A stretch of 64,000 nucleotides of DNA from an uncultured Syntrophobacteraceae bacterium (GCA_964603955.1 CAZRWT010000002.1:18014-82013); one strand, 5' to 3'; shown: positions 10,293 to 19,695, numbered from the stretch's first letter. A program made the numbers and translations. Notes: generated by a model not told the origin, from the letters alone.

Positions 10293-11756
10293 ATGTCGAC
10301 CACTGTCAAGAGTCTGCTGGGATTCTGTTTCTGCCTGGCGTTGGCCCTGGGGCTTTGGGGTTGTGAGCAGCCCAAACCCGAGCTGATGCGAACGGTGGAT
10401 ATCCCCGACGGCACCATTGATCCTGTCGTCTGGGGAAAAGCTTTTCCCGAACAATACGAAGCCTGGAAGTTGACCGAAAAACCCTTCGACACTCGAAGGA
10501 GCAAGTACAAAACGGGAATGGACAGCGGAGGATTGCCCGTGGACAAGCTTTCCCAGTTTCCCTACATGGCTCTCCTGTTCAGTGGATGGGGTTTTGGAGT
10601 GGAATACAACGTCCCCCGGGGTCATGCCTATATGGTACGTGATCAGCTGGAAATCGATTCTTCACGCCTCAAGGCCGGGGGGGTCTGTTTGAGCTGTAAA
10701 TCCCCTTATGCACCGGGTTTGCAAAAGGAAATGGGGGGCGATTACTACAAGCAGCCCTTCAAGGAAGTCATTGGAAAAATTCCTGAAGAAAATCGAGAAC
10801 TGGGGGTGGCCTGCATCGATTGTCACGACAACCGGGACATGGGTCTTCGGATATCCCGCGACTTCACCCTCACCAAAGCTCTACAGTCCATGGGCACGGA
10901 CCCGGAAAAACTCACCCGCCAACAGATGCGCTCCGCCGTGTGTGCTCAGTGTCATGTTACCTACAATATTCCCAAGGATGTCGAAGGGAAGTCTGTGGGG
11001 CTCTATTTCCCATGGCAGAACAGTGAGTGGGGAGCCATCACCGTCGAAGACATCATCAAGCAGATTCGCAGTGATGAAACGGTCAAGGAATGGACTCAAT
11101 CCGTCACTGGATTCCAAATGGCTTTTATGCGGCATCCCGAATTTGAATTCTGGTCCAACGACAGTGTTCATTTTCGAGCTGGGGCTTCGTGCGCCGACTG
11201 CCACATGCCTTATACCGTGGCGGGTGTTCACAAGATTTCCGACCACCGTATCATGAGTCCCGTTCAGGGTGAGATGCGTGCGTGCAGGCAATGCCATGCC
11301 AATTCAGCCGAGTGGCTGCGGGATCGCGTCTTTTCCATCCAGGATCGTACTGTGTCCCTGCTCCTTCGCGCGGGGTATGCCACCGCGACGGTGGCCAAGC
11401 TGTTCGAAACAACCCATCGGGCCCAAGAGTCGGGCAAGGTTATCGACCAGGAGCTTTACGACAAGGCCAAAGACTTTTACATGGAGGCTTTTTATCGGCA
11501 GCTTTTCATCGGCGCTGAAAATTCCGTAGGTTTTCATAACCCAACGGAAGCTTTGCGCGTCCTGGGGGATTCCGTTGCGTTCGCCACCAAGGCGGAAGGG
11601 TTTCTCCGGCAGGCATTGGCCAAAGCCGGCGTGGATGTTCCCCTCAAGGTGGATCTCGAGATCATGAAGTATGTGGATGAACGGGGTGAGCGTCAAATCC
11701 GGTTCGATCCGGCTCTTGAGTTTAAAGATCCCATGGGACTTCAGGAAAGATTTTAA
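10293..11756 (+). CDS. nrfA: ammonia-forming cytochrome c nitrite reductase catalytic subunit NrfA (pentaheme)
   Basis: The diagnostic active-site heme motif CLSCK (CXXCK) plus four CXXCH motifs (CIDCH, CAQCH, CADCH, CRQCH). RBS AGGAG. The signal peptide ends in LWGC, which is lipobox-like. Confidence 0.93.
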   Translation: MSTTVKSLLGFCFCLALALGLWGCEQPKPELMRTVDIPDGTIDPVVWGKAFPEQYEAWKLTEKPFDTRRSKYKTGMDSGGLPVDKLSQFPYMALLFSGWGFGVEYNVPRGHAYMVRDQLEIDSSRLKAGGVCLSCKSPYAPGLQKEMGGDYYKQPFKEVIGKIPEENRELGVACIDCHDNRDMGLRISRDFTLTKALQSMGTDPEKLTRQQMRSAVCAQCHVTYNIPKDVEGKSVGLYFPWQNSEWGAITVEDIIKQIRSDETVKEWTQSVTGFQMAFMRHPEFEFWSNDSVHFRAGASCADCHMPYTVAGVHKISDHRIMSPVQGEMRACRQCHANSAEWLRDRVFSIQDRTVSLLLRAGYATATVAKLFETTHRAQESGKVIDQELYDKAKDFYMEAFYRQLFIGAENSVGFHNPTEALRVLGDSVAFATKAEGFLRQALAKAGVDVPLKVDLEIMKYVDERGERQIRFDPALEFKDPMGLQERF

Positions 11757-11777
11757 GCTTTTTCCGGAAGGATGCTC

Positions 11778-11821
11778 AAAAAAAGTTCCCGGTTGTCTGG
11801 CGCAACCGGGAACTTTTTTTG
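11778..11821 (+). terminator. intrinsic (potentially bidirectional) terminator after nrfA
   Basis: aaaaaaa GTTCCCGGTTG tctggcg CAACCGGGAAC ttttttttg: an 11-bp perfect GC-rich stem flanked by an A-run and a T-run. Confidence 0.85.
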
Positions 11822-11924
11822 AGAGAAGAATCCAGGATGGACCAAGAGGTACGTTGGGCTTTAAACGCTCCATCCTGACAGCTTTTCCAACATTGTCGAG
11901 ATCGACTTTACATCCGAAAGGGTA

Positions 11925-14735
11925 ATGATGGACCTGTCTTTAGCCTACAATGCAGGATTGTTCGAAAAAAATCATGAGCTGTGGAAAAAGGACCCCCGTT
12001 CCGTGAGCCGGGAATGGCAGCTTTTTTTTCAGGGCTTTGAACTGGGCATGGGGCCTCCACGGGATATTTCGGGTGCCTGTGAAAGGGAACAAGTGCTCGG
12101 GCAGGCCCGAGTGGAAGAACTCGTTCACCGATACCGGGACCTGGGGCATCTCCTGGCCTGCCTGGACCCCCTCGAGAGCTGCCCCATGAGTCACCCCCTC
12201 CTGACCCTCCAGGCTGTGGGGCTTTCGGAAGACGACCTGGGCCGCCCTTTTATCTTCCGCCACGGCCCTCACGAAGAGGAAAGGCCCCTCGAGGAAATCG
12301 TCGCGCACCTCCGGGAAACCTACTGCCGCTCCGTGGGCATCGAGTACATGCACCTCCAGGACCCCGACGAGCGGCTCTGGCTGCAAGAGCGCATGGAGGG
12401 CCGCAGCAGCCGGCCGGAAGTCCCGACGGAGTTCAAAGTGCGGCTCCTCCACAAGCTCACCCAGGCCACGATTTTCGAACACTATCTCAATAAAAAATAC
12501 CCGGCACAAAAACGGTTTTCCCTGGAAGGAGCCGAAGTGGTCCTGGCCATGCTCGATGTCCTGGTGCAGGGGGCGTCTCAAGCCGGCATCCGGGAAATCA
12601 TCCTGGGCATGGCCCACCGGGGGCGGCTCAATGTCCTGGTGAACATCCTGGGCAAGCCCTACGAACACATTTTCTGCGAATTCGAGGACAATTTCGACCC
12701 CGAAGCCCTGGTGGGCAGCGGCGACGTCAAATACCACAAAGGATACCTGGCTCATGTGAAAACCCTCGGGGACCGTGCCGTGAAGATGGTGCTGGCCGCC
12801 AACCCAAGCCACCTCGAGGCGGTGAGCCCCGTGGTGGAAGGCATGGCCCGTTCTCGCCGGGAAGCTCTGCCGGACCCCGACGACAAGCTCGTGCTGCCCC
12901 TGCTCCTCCATGGGGACGCGGCCTTCGCGGGGCAGGGCATCGTGGCCGAAACTCTCAACCTCTCCCAGCTCGAAGGCTACAAGACCGGGGGAACCATCCA
13001 TCTGGTCATCAACAACCAGATCGGCTTCACCACCCTCCCACAGGACGCCCGCTCCACCCCCTATTCCACCGATATCGCCAAGATGCTCATGTCCCCCATC
13101 TTTCACGTTCATGGAGAAAACCCCGAAGCTGCCCTGCACGTCATGCAACTGGCCCTCGAGTACCGACAACGGTTCGCCAAGGACGTGGTGGTGGATGTGG
13201 TCTGCTACCGGCGCCACGGCCACAACGAGGGAGACGAGCCCTACTTCACCCAGCCCGCCATGTACGACCGCATCCGGGAACGCCCCCTCCTGTACGGCAT
13301 GTACGGCGAAAAGCTCATGGAAGAAGGCGTGATCACCCGCGAAGACACGGAGGGCATCGTCAAGGGAATCGAACAGTGCCTGGACGAGGCGTTCAAGGCC
13401 GCCCACGATGGAACCTGCTCCCTCCCTTCTGCCCATGTGCATGAACTGTGGGATGCTCATGCCGGCGGCGGGTCTTTTGATGCCGGTGGGGCCGGGTCTG
13501 TCGGTTCCTTGCAGACCCCGGAAACCGCCGTGCCCGAGGAAACGCTGCGCTCCCTGGCCCAAAGCCTCGAGCGAATCCCCGACGGCTTTACGGTGCATCC
13601 CCGGCTGGCAAAGATTCTCCAGCGGCGGCGGGAATGCGTCGAGCAAGGGGAAGGCATCGACTGGGCCAACGGGGAAAGCCTGGCCTTCGCTTCCCTCCTT
13701 GTGGAAAGGACGCCCGTTCGCCTCAGCGGCGAAGATTCCCGGCGAGGAACCTTCAGCCAGCGCCACTGCGTGCTCACTGACCCTGGAAGCGGCGCCACCC
13801 ACACTCCCCTCGAACACCTGGCCCCCGATCAGGCCCCTTTTATGGTGTACGACAGCTTGCTGTCGGAATATGCCGTCCTCGGGTTCGAATACGGATATTC
13901 CCTCGCGGCTCCCCGAACCCTGGTGCTGTGGGAAGCCCAGTTCGGGGACTTTGCCAACAACGCCCAGGTGATCATCGATCAGTTCCTGGTGAGCGGCGAA
14001 CTCAAATGGCAGATTCCTTCGGGGCTGGTGCTGCTGCTCCCCCACGGCTTCGAAGGGCAGGGTTCGGAACATTCGAGCGCCCGGTTGGAAAGATTCCTCC
14101 AATTGTGCGCCCAAGACAACCTGCAAGTCTGCTACCCCACCACGCCCGCCCAGTATTTCCACCTGTTGCGCCGCCAGATGAAGCTCCCTCACAGAAAGCC
14201 CCTGGTGGTGATGGCTCCCAAGAGCCTCCTGCGCAACCCCCTGGCCGTTTCGACACTCGATGACTTTTCCGGGGGCAGCTTCCAGGAAGTGCTCGATGAC
14301 CCGCGCATGCCTTCCGCACTCGATTCCAAACTCGATGCCGACCCCGGCGCCGGTGCCGGCTCCACCCCCACCCCCGAGCGCGTCATCTGGTGCAGCGGCA
14401 AGATTTACTATGACCTGGAAGAAAAGCGGCGGGAGCGGGACCATCGAGAATCCCAAGATACGGTGATCCTCCGGGTGGAGCAGTTTTATCCTTTCCCTCG
14501 GGAGCGAATGCAAAGTCTCATGGAAAAGTACGCTTCCGTTTCCCGTTGGGCCTGGGTGCAGGAGGAGCCGGAAAACATGGGCGGGTGGCCGTTCATGAGG
14601 CTCCGTTTTGCCGACGAGTGGGGCAAGGATATGAAGTACGTGGGACGGCCCGCATCGGCGAGTCCCGCCACGGGGCATTTTCGAAGGCACAAGCTGGAGC
14701 AGGCAACGATTGTTCGGGAAGCGTTGAGCTTCTGA
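11925..14735 (+). CDS. sucA: 2-oxoglutarate dehydrogenase E1 component
   Basis: 936 aa. N-terminus LWKKDPRSVSREWQLFFQGF. Motifs RYRDLGHL, GMAHRGRLNVL, LLLHGDAAFAGQG, CYRRHGHNEGDEP and LWEAQFGDFANNAQ are typical of OGDH E1. Confidence 0.93.
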   Translation: MMDLSLAYNAGLFEKNHELWKKDPRSVSREWQLFFQGFELGMGPPRDISGACEREQVLGQARVEELVHRYRDLGHLLACLDPLESCPMSHPLLTLQAVGLSEDDLGRPFIFRHGPHEEERPLEEIVAHLRETYCRSVGIEYMHLQDPDERLWLQERMEGRSSRPEVPTEFKVRLLHKLTQATIFEHYLNKKYPAQKRFSLEGAEVVLAMLDVLVQGASQAGIREIILGMAHRGRLNVLVNILGKPYEHIFCEFEDNFDPEALVGSGDVKYHKGYLAHVKTLGDRAVKMVLAANPSHLEAVSPVVEGMARSRREALPDPDDKLVLPLLLHGDAAFAGQGIVAETLNLSQLEGYKTGGTIHLVINNQIGFTTLPQDARSTPYSTDIAKMLMSPIFHVHGENPEAALHVMQLALEYRQRFAKDVVVDVVCYRRHGHNEGDEPYFTQPAMYDRIRERPLLYGMYGEKLMEEGVITREDTEGIVKGIEQCLDEAFKAAHDGTCSLPSAHVHELWDAHAGGGSFDAGGAGSVGSLQTPETAVPEETLRSLAQSLERIPDGFTVHPRLAKILQRRRECVEQGEGIDWANGESLAFASLLVERTPVRLSGEDSRRGTFSQRHCVLTDPGSGATHTPLEHLAPDQAPFMVYDSLLSEYAVLGFEYGYSLAAPRTLVLWEAQFGDFANNAQVIIDQFLVSGELKWQIPSGLVLLLPHGFEGQGSEHSSARLERFLQLCAQDNLQVCYPTTPAQYFHLLRRQMKLPHRKPLVVMAPKSLLRNPLAVSTLDDFSGGSFQEVLDDPRMPSALDSKLDADPGAGAGSTPTPERVIWCSGKIYYDLEEKRRERDHRESQDTVILRVEQFYPFPRERMQSLMEKYASVSRWAWVQEEPENMGGWPFMRLRFADEWGKDMKYVGRPASASPATGHFRRHKLEQATIVREALSF

Positions 14736-14780
14736 TGGGCAAGCCAAGTCGCACACAAACCACGCCAACAATAATACGCG

Positions 14781-14974
14781 ATGTGCATCTTTCTTGTTCC
14801 CAAGCTCCAGCTTGGGAACACACTTGCCTGGAAGCTCCAGCTTCCCGTTTCGAAGCGGGTGGAAGCCGGAGCTTCCACAATAATAAAGGCGTTCCCAAGC
14901 TGGAGCTTGGGAACGAGAGATTTGGAGCTTGGGAACGAGAGGTTTGGCAAGGGGGGCATCAAAAAGTTGCACAT
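14781..14974 (+). repeat. MITE-like nested-palindrome element, copy A (between sucA and sucB)
   Basis: Termini ATGTGCATCTTT ... AAAGTTGCACAT form an imperfect 12-bp TIR. Internal hairpins are GTTCCCAAGCTCCAGCTTGGGAAC, GGAAGCTCCAGCTTCC...GGAAGCCGGAGCTTCC and GTTCCCAAGCTGGAGCTTGGGAAC. Near-identical to copy E. Confidence 0.85.
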
Positions 14975-15003
14975 GGGGTAATAAGATGGAACGAGGGACT
15001 GCC

Positions 15004-16242
15004 ATGAAAATCGACGTGAAAATTCCCGAAGTGGGTGAATCGGTACAGGAAGCTCTCCTGGTGGAATGGTACCACAAGGATGGGGACAAGGTGAAAAAGG
15101 ACCAGATTCTTTTCCTCATGGAAACGGACAAGGTGACCCTCGAAGTGGTTGCCGAAGCCGATGGAATCCTGCGCATCCTGGTAAACGAAGGCGAGACGGT
15201 GGCTGTGGGCGCCGTCGTGGCCGTCATAGAAACGGAAGCCGGCCGGAGCGAACCCGTGCCCCGAGAAACTCCCGATGCCGGCACGGGTAAAGGCACGGGT
15301 AAAGGTGATGCGGACGGTGCCGCCCAGGCTCCCCAAGAAGAAACGGCGCTGGTGGCCCCTTCGGCCCGGGTGCTCATGGAGGAAAAGGGCATCGAGGCTT
15401 CTCGAATCAAGGGAACGGGACCTGGAGGACGCATCACGCAGGGAGACGTTTTGCTCTACCTGGAAGGGCAGGAAGAAAAACCGCTCCAGGAAAAGGCTTC
15501 TCGACCGGCTCCGCCGGAGCCGACCCGGGGCGCTTCCCCATCGGAAGAGGTTTCCCGCAAACCCATGAGTCCCATTCGCAGGCGCATCGCCGAGCACCTG
15601 CTCCACGCCAGGCAGAGCACGGCCATGCTCACCACCTTCAACGAAGCGGACATGAGCCGGGTGATCGAACTCCGCCGCCGCTTCCGAGATGCCTTCAAGG
15701 AAAAACATGGAGTACCCCTGGGGCTCATGTCCTTTTTCGTCAAGGCGTCCGTGGCTGCCCTCGAAGAAATCCCCCAGGTCAACGCCTTCATCGACGGCAA
15801 CGACATCGTCCATCACCACTATCAGCACATCGGCGTGGCGGTGGGGGGTGACCGGGGGCTTGTGGTGCCCGTCATCCGGCATGCGGACCGGTTGAGCTTC
15901 GCGCAGATCGAAGGGACCATCGCCGACTTCATCAAGAAAATCCAGGAAAACAAGCTGGAAATTTCCCACATGGAAGGGGGAACCTTCACCATCAGTAACG
16001 GGGGGGTATATGGCTCCCTGTTGAGCACCCCCATTCTCAACACGCCCCAGAGCGCCATTTTGGGCATGCACAAAATCGAAGAGCGGCCCGTGGTGGTCGA
16101 TGGGCAAATCGTCATTCGCCCCATGATGTACCTGGCCCTCAGCTACGATCACCGCATCATCGACGGACGCCAGGCGGTGACGTTCCTCAAACGCATCAAG
16201 GAATGTGTCGAGCATCCCGAACGCCTTCTCCTGGAAGTGTGA
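15004..16242 (+). CDS. sucB: 2-oxoglutarate dehydrogenase E2 (dihydrolipoyllysine-residue succinyltransferase)
   Basis: Start chosen at [14 protein letters not shown] (GAGGG RBS). Lipoyl motif [15 protein letters not shown] (peripheral subunit-binding domain) motif [13 protein letters not shown]. Catalytic motif [14 protein letters not shown]. Confidence 0.92.
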   Translation: MKIDVKIPEVGESVQEALLVEWYHKDGDKVKKDQILFLMETDKVTLEVVAEADGILRILVNEGETVAVGAVVAVIETEAGRSEPVPRETPDAGTGKGTGKGDADGAAQAPQEETALVAPSARVLMEEKGIEASRIKGTGPGGRITQGDVLLYLEGQEEKPLQEKASRPAPPEPTRGASPSEEVSRKPMSPIRRRIAEHLLHARQSTAMLTTFNEADMSRVIELRRRFRDAFKEKHGVPLGLMSFFVKASVAALEEIPQVNAFIDGNDIVHHHYQHIGVAVGGDRGLVVPVIRHADRLSFAQIEGTIADFIKKIQENKLEISHMEGGTFTISNGGVYGSLLSTPILNTPQSAILGMHKIEERPVVVDGQIVIRPMMYLALSYDHRIIDGRQAVTFLKRIKECVEHPERLLLEV

Positions 16243-16279
16243 AATCATCTGGTAGCATCTGCCGCGCAGGAATTAGGCC

Positions 16280-16358
16280 ATATGCAACTTTCTTGTTCCC
16301 AAGCTCCAGCTTGGGAACACACTTGTCCGGAAGTTCCAGCTTCCCTTTTGAAAGGGGG
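16280..16358 (+). repeat. MITE-like element, copy B (left half only, truncated)
   Basis: ATATGCAACTTTCTTGTTCCCAAGCTCCAGCTTGGGAACACACTTGTCCGGAAGTTCCAGCTTCCC matches the left arm of copies A, D and E. The right half is missing, and the element abuts the Uma2 start. Confidence 0.75.
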
Positions 16359-16361
16359 AAA

Positions 16362-16937
16362 ATGATGGAAACCCCAGCGCGGGAACCCCGGTACTCTCCA
16401 GAACAGTACCTGGCCATGGAGCGAAGGGCGGACCACAAGAGCGAGTACATGGACGGTCGCGTGTTTGCCATGGCGGGAGCGAGCAGGCAGCACAACCAGA
16501 TAACGTTCAATCTCTCCGTGGCAATGGGGATTCAGCTCAAAAAACGGCCGTGTGTTGCCTATTCGAGCGATATGCGCGTTAAAGTGACCCAAACGGGTTT
16601 GTATGCCTACCCTGATGTCGTGGCCACATGCAATGAACCTCAATTCGAGGATTCCTTTTTGGACACTCTGTTGAACCCTCAAGTCATCATCGAGGTGTTA
16701 TCGGAATCCACGGAATCTTATGATCGAGGCAGCAAATTCGCCCACTATCGCAGGCTCGATTCGTTGCAGGAATATGTGCTCGTTGCTCAAAACGCAATGT
16801 GCGTCGAGCATTATGCACGCCGCAGGGAGAAATGGCTTCTTACGGAAATCAGCCTGTCGAGGGGAGAGCTTCATCTCCGATCCATTGGCTGCACCATACC
16901 CTTGACGGACATTTACGACAAAGTGCCTTTGCCTTGA
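16362..16937 (+). CDS. Uma2-family (DUF820) putative endonuclease
   Basis: Start at MMETPAREPRYSPEQYLAMERRADHKSEYMDGRVFAMAGASRQHNQI (GGGGGAA RBS). The pattern E..G.i..M.g....H and later EVLSEST...D...K...Y is typical of Uma2. Confidence 0.8.
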   Translation: MMETPAREPRYSPEQYLAMERRADHKSEYMDGRVFAMAGASRQHNQITFNLSVAMGIQLKKRPCVAYSSDMRVKVTQTGLYAYPDVVATCNEPQFEDSFLDTLLNPQVIIEVLSESTESYDRGSKFAHYRRLDSLQEYVLVAQNAMCVEHYARRREKWLLTEISLSRGELHLRSIGCTIPLTDIYDKVPLP

Positions 16938-17016
16938 ACAACGTTATCGGCGGCGGGAAGTTTGCCGTGCCCCGGGTGAGGCGCCCCTTCCATGCTCCGA
17001 AAGTTGGAGAAACATC

Positions 17017-18453
17017 ATGAGCGACACGAACAAATACGACTTGGTGGTGATCGGATCGGGACCCGGCGGTTATGTGGCCTGTGTGCGCGCGGCTCGACTG
17101 GGAATGAAAACGGCCTGTATAGAAAAATCCGAGCGTCCGGGCGGCGTGTGCCTCAACATGGGGTGCGTTCCCAGCAAGGCCCTGCTCGATTCCAGCGAAC
17201 ACTATCACCTGGTGAAGGAAAGCCTGGGAAGCCACGGCATTATGGTACAAAAGGCGGAACTGGACCTCCGGACCATGATGGCACGCAAGGAAAAGGTCGT
17301 GGATTCACTGGCACGAGATGTCCGAAAGCTCCTCGAAGCCAATGGCGTCGTCATGTATCACGGCACTGCACGGGTCACTGCACCCCATCGAGTGAGCGTG
17401 CAGCCCACGGCAGCGGGGGAAGCGCCTTACGAGCTGGAAGCCCGGTCCATCCTCCTGGCCACGGGCAGCGAGCCCATTCGCCTGGAATCGCTTCCCGTGG
17501 ACGGCCGGCACATCGTGACATCGACGGAAGCTCTCGCCTTCGATACGGTACCCGATCACCTGGGGATCGTGGGCGGCGGGTATATCGGGCTCGAGCTGGG
17601 GTCCGTGTGGCTGAGGCTGGGAGCGCGGGTCACGGTTTTGGAAATGAGTCCCCACATTGCGGGAGGGTTGGACGGCCAGGTGAGACGCGCTCTGGAACGA
17701 GCGCTCACCCGGCAGGGGTTTCAGTGGAAGCTCGAAACCCGGGTCAAATCGGCATGGGTGGAGTCGGGGCGGGTACGGGTCGAGGTGGAATCACGGGGAG
17801 GTGAAAACGAAACCCTGACCTTCGACCGCCTGCTGGTGGCGGTGGGGAGAAGGCCCCTCACTCGGGACCTGGGCATCGAAGCCCTGGGCATGAGGCGAAA
17901 CCAAAGGACGGGAAGCATCTGGGTGGACGAGAGCTACCAAACGAGCGTGCCGGGAATTTTTGCCGTCGGGGACCTGATCGACGGTCCCATGCTGGCGCAC
18001 AAGGCATCGGCGGAAGGCGTGGCCGCCGTGGATTGCATGGCGGGGCTTCCGGGCGAGGTGAACTACGACGCCATTCCCGCCGTGGTGTACACCATGCCCG
18101 AAGTGGCGGCCGTGGGCCTGACCGAAGAGCAGGCCAGGGAGCGCCATGTGCCCGTCTGCGTGGGGCATTACGCCTTTTCGGGAACGGGGCGGGCTCACTG
18201 CCTGGGGGATACGGAAGGTTTCGTGAAGATCATAGGACACGCCAAGACGGGCCGTGTTTTGGGGGTCCATATCATCGGTCCCAAGGCATCGGAACTCATC
18301 GCCCAGTGCGCTCTCGCCATGGAGTTGGGAGCCGGCGTCGAAGATCTGGCCCGCACCATTCACCCTCACCCGACCCTCGGGGAGGCGGTGAAGGAAGCCG
18401 CCATTTCCGCTACGGTGATGCGGGACTCCTTTTCGAAAAACCATTCCAGGTAG
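17017..18453 (+). CDS. lpdA: dihydrolipoyl dehydrogenase (E3)
   Basis: N-terminus YDLVVIGSGPGGYVA. Redox-active disulfide GGVCLNMGCVPSK. NAD site GGGYIGLELG. C-terminal HPHPTLGEA. Confidence 0.95.
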   Translation: MSDTNKYDLVVIGSGPGGYVACVRAARLGMKTACIEKSERPGGVCLNMGCVPSKALLDSSEHYHLVKESLGSHGIMVQKAELDLRTMMARKEKVVDSLARDVRKLLEANGVVMYHGTARVTAPHRVSVQPTAAGEAPYELEARSILLATGSEPIRLESLPVDGRHIVTSTEALAFDTVPDHLGIVGGGYIGLELGSVWLRLGARVTVLEMSPHIAGGLDGQVRRALERALTRQGFQWKLETRVKSAWVESGRVRVEVESRGGENETLTFDRLLVAVGRRPLTRDLGIEALGMRRNQRTGSIWVDESYQTSVPGIFAVGDLIDGPMLAHKASAEGVAAVDCMAGLPGEVNYDAIPAVVYTMPEVAAVGLTEEQARERHVPVCVGHYAFSGTGRAHCLGDTEGFVKIIGHAKTGRVLGVHIIGPKASELIAQCALAMELGAGVEDLARTIHPHPTLGEAVKEAAISATVMRDSFSKNHSR

Positions 18454-18673
18454 TACGCACCTGCCGGAGGGGGTATTGCTAAAAATCATCACCGTGCAGG
18501 TCCCAAAAAGCTTGACATGGTCTGCGGCAGGTGTTAGCCAAGTCATTTTAAAAAGGGGTCTCTTATGGCCAATAAGTATATGATAAGGCTAGGTAATTTT
18601 TGTACTTGCCTGAAGGCGGAGGGGAAAATCTCTTTGCGGAAAAAATTGATGGCTTTCATGACAAAAGGACTCA

Positions 18674-19618
18674 ATGATGAAAAAGAACTTGCTCGACCTG
18701 CTCATTTGCCCCCGTTGCCTGCCCCAGGAGTTCCCCTTGCATGAAGTCACTCGAGAAGTTTCAAGAAACGACATTGTGGAAGGGGTGCTCCGCTGTGGAC
18801 ATTGCAGCGCCCAATACTCCATCCGAGAAGGAATTGCTTTTCTCGAGCCTTACCCCTCTTCCCATGAATACCGATCAAACAACCGCTATGAAACGCCCCA
18901 GGTGGTTTCCTCGTATCTCTGGAGCCACTTTGCCGATCTGCTCGAAGACCCGGATGCAGCCCAAGCCTACCTGGCCTGGGCCGACCGCATGACCCCTCAC
19001 ACGGGACTGTCCCTCGATGCGGGTGCGGCGGTGGGAAGATTCACCTTCGAAATGGCGCGCAAATGCGATTTCGCCATCGGCTTCGACAACGCCGTCGCAT
19101 TCATTCGCACGGCCCGGGAACTCATGACCCGGCGCACCGCCACTTTGGAACTGATCGAGGAAGGGCGGCTCAAGTCCCGGGTGCCTCTGTCCTTTCCCGA
19201 ACACTGGAAAACGGACAACTGTGAATTCATTGTGGCCGACGCCCTGGCCCTTCCTTTCCGCACGGGACTTTTCGACTCGGTGTCCTCCCTCAACATCGTG
19301 GACAAGGTTCCCGATCCCCTGACCCATCTCCAGGAGATCAACCGGGTTGCTCGCCCTCAATCGGCCCAGTGCCTTTTTTCGGACCCTTTTTCCTGGTCGG
19401 CGGACGTGGCCCCCCCTTCGCAATGGCTGGGGGGAACGGAGGAAGGGGAATTCGCCGGGCGAGGACACGACAACGTGATGGCACTGCTGGAAGGGCGGCT
19501 GGGAAAGCTCTCTCCCACCTGGCAAGTCCAGGATCACGGCAAGATCAGGTGGAAAATTCGAACTCACAGCAACCATTACGAAAGCATCCGGAGCTGTTAC
19601 GTCAAGGCGATCCGCTGA
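18674..19618 (+). CDS. class I SAM-dependent methyltransferase with N-terminal Trm112-like zinc-ribbon
   Basis: N-terminus LLDLLICPRC...LRCGHCSAQYSIREGIAFLE (Trm112/UPF0434-like). The middle region LDAGAAVGRFTFEMA...ADALALPF resembles methyltransferase motifs I and post-I. Confidence 0.65.
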   Translation: MMKKNLLDLLICPRCLPQEFPLHEVTREVSRNDIVEGVLRCGHCSAQYSIREGIAFLEPYPSSHEYRSNNRYETPQVVSSYLWSHFADLLEDPDAAQAYLAWADRMTPHTGLSLDAGAAVGRFTFEMARKCDFAIGFDNAVAFIRTARELMTRRTATLELIEEGRLKSRVPLSFPEHWKTDNCEFIVADALALPFRTGLFDSVSSLNIVDKVPDPLTHLQEINRVARPQSAQCLFSDPFSWSADVAPPSQWLGGTEEGEFAGRGHDNVMALLEGRLGKLSPTWQVQDHGKIRWKIRTHSNHYESIRSCYVKAIR

Positions 19619-19695
19619 GGTGATTTCTCAAAATGAACTCAGCGTGTAAGAAGAAGTGATGTAACCCTGCGAACAAGACAAATCCAGGAGGAATC

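Noticed and set aside
14781-14981. A 66-aa ORF spans the whole MITE. Copy A reads [46 protein letters not shown]...HMG. Copy E (48444..48677) has a near-identical ORF. The start codon lies in the TIR and the stop lies just after the element.
   Set aside because: - Copy D has a different frame and centre, and copies B and C are truncated.
- Conservation tracks the palindromic nucleotide structure, and ORFs appear on both strands for the same reason.
- There is no RBS.
- This is probably incidental, although a tiny element-encoded peptide cannot be strictly excluded.
11940-15437. 1165-aa ORF antisense to sucA, MITE copy A and sucB. Similar very long antisense ORFs occur at 26770..28485 / 26799..29156 (versus pfk), 29704..33018 and 34044..36479 (versus the hdrA genes), 38519..40555, 46074..48443 and 48936..50588 (versus the Hsp70 genes), and 19639..20886 / 20902..21831.
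   Set aside because: - Every one lies opposite a gene with clear family motifs.
- Their translations are Gly/Arg/Pro/His/Val-rich with no motifs.
- Long stop-free antisense frames are expected in high-GC genes with strong codon bias.
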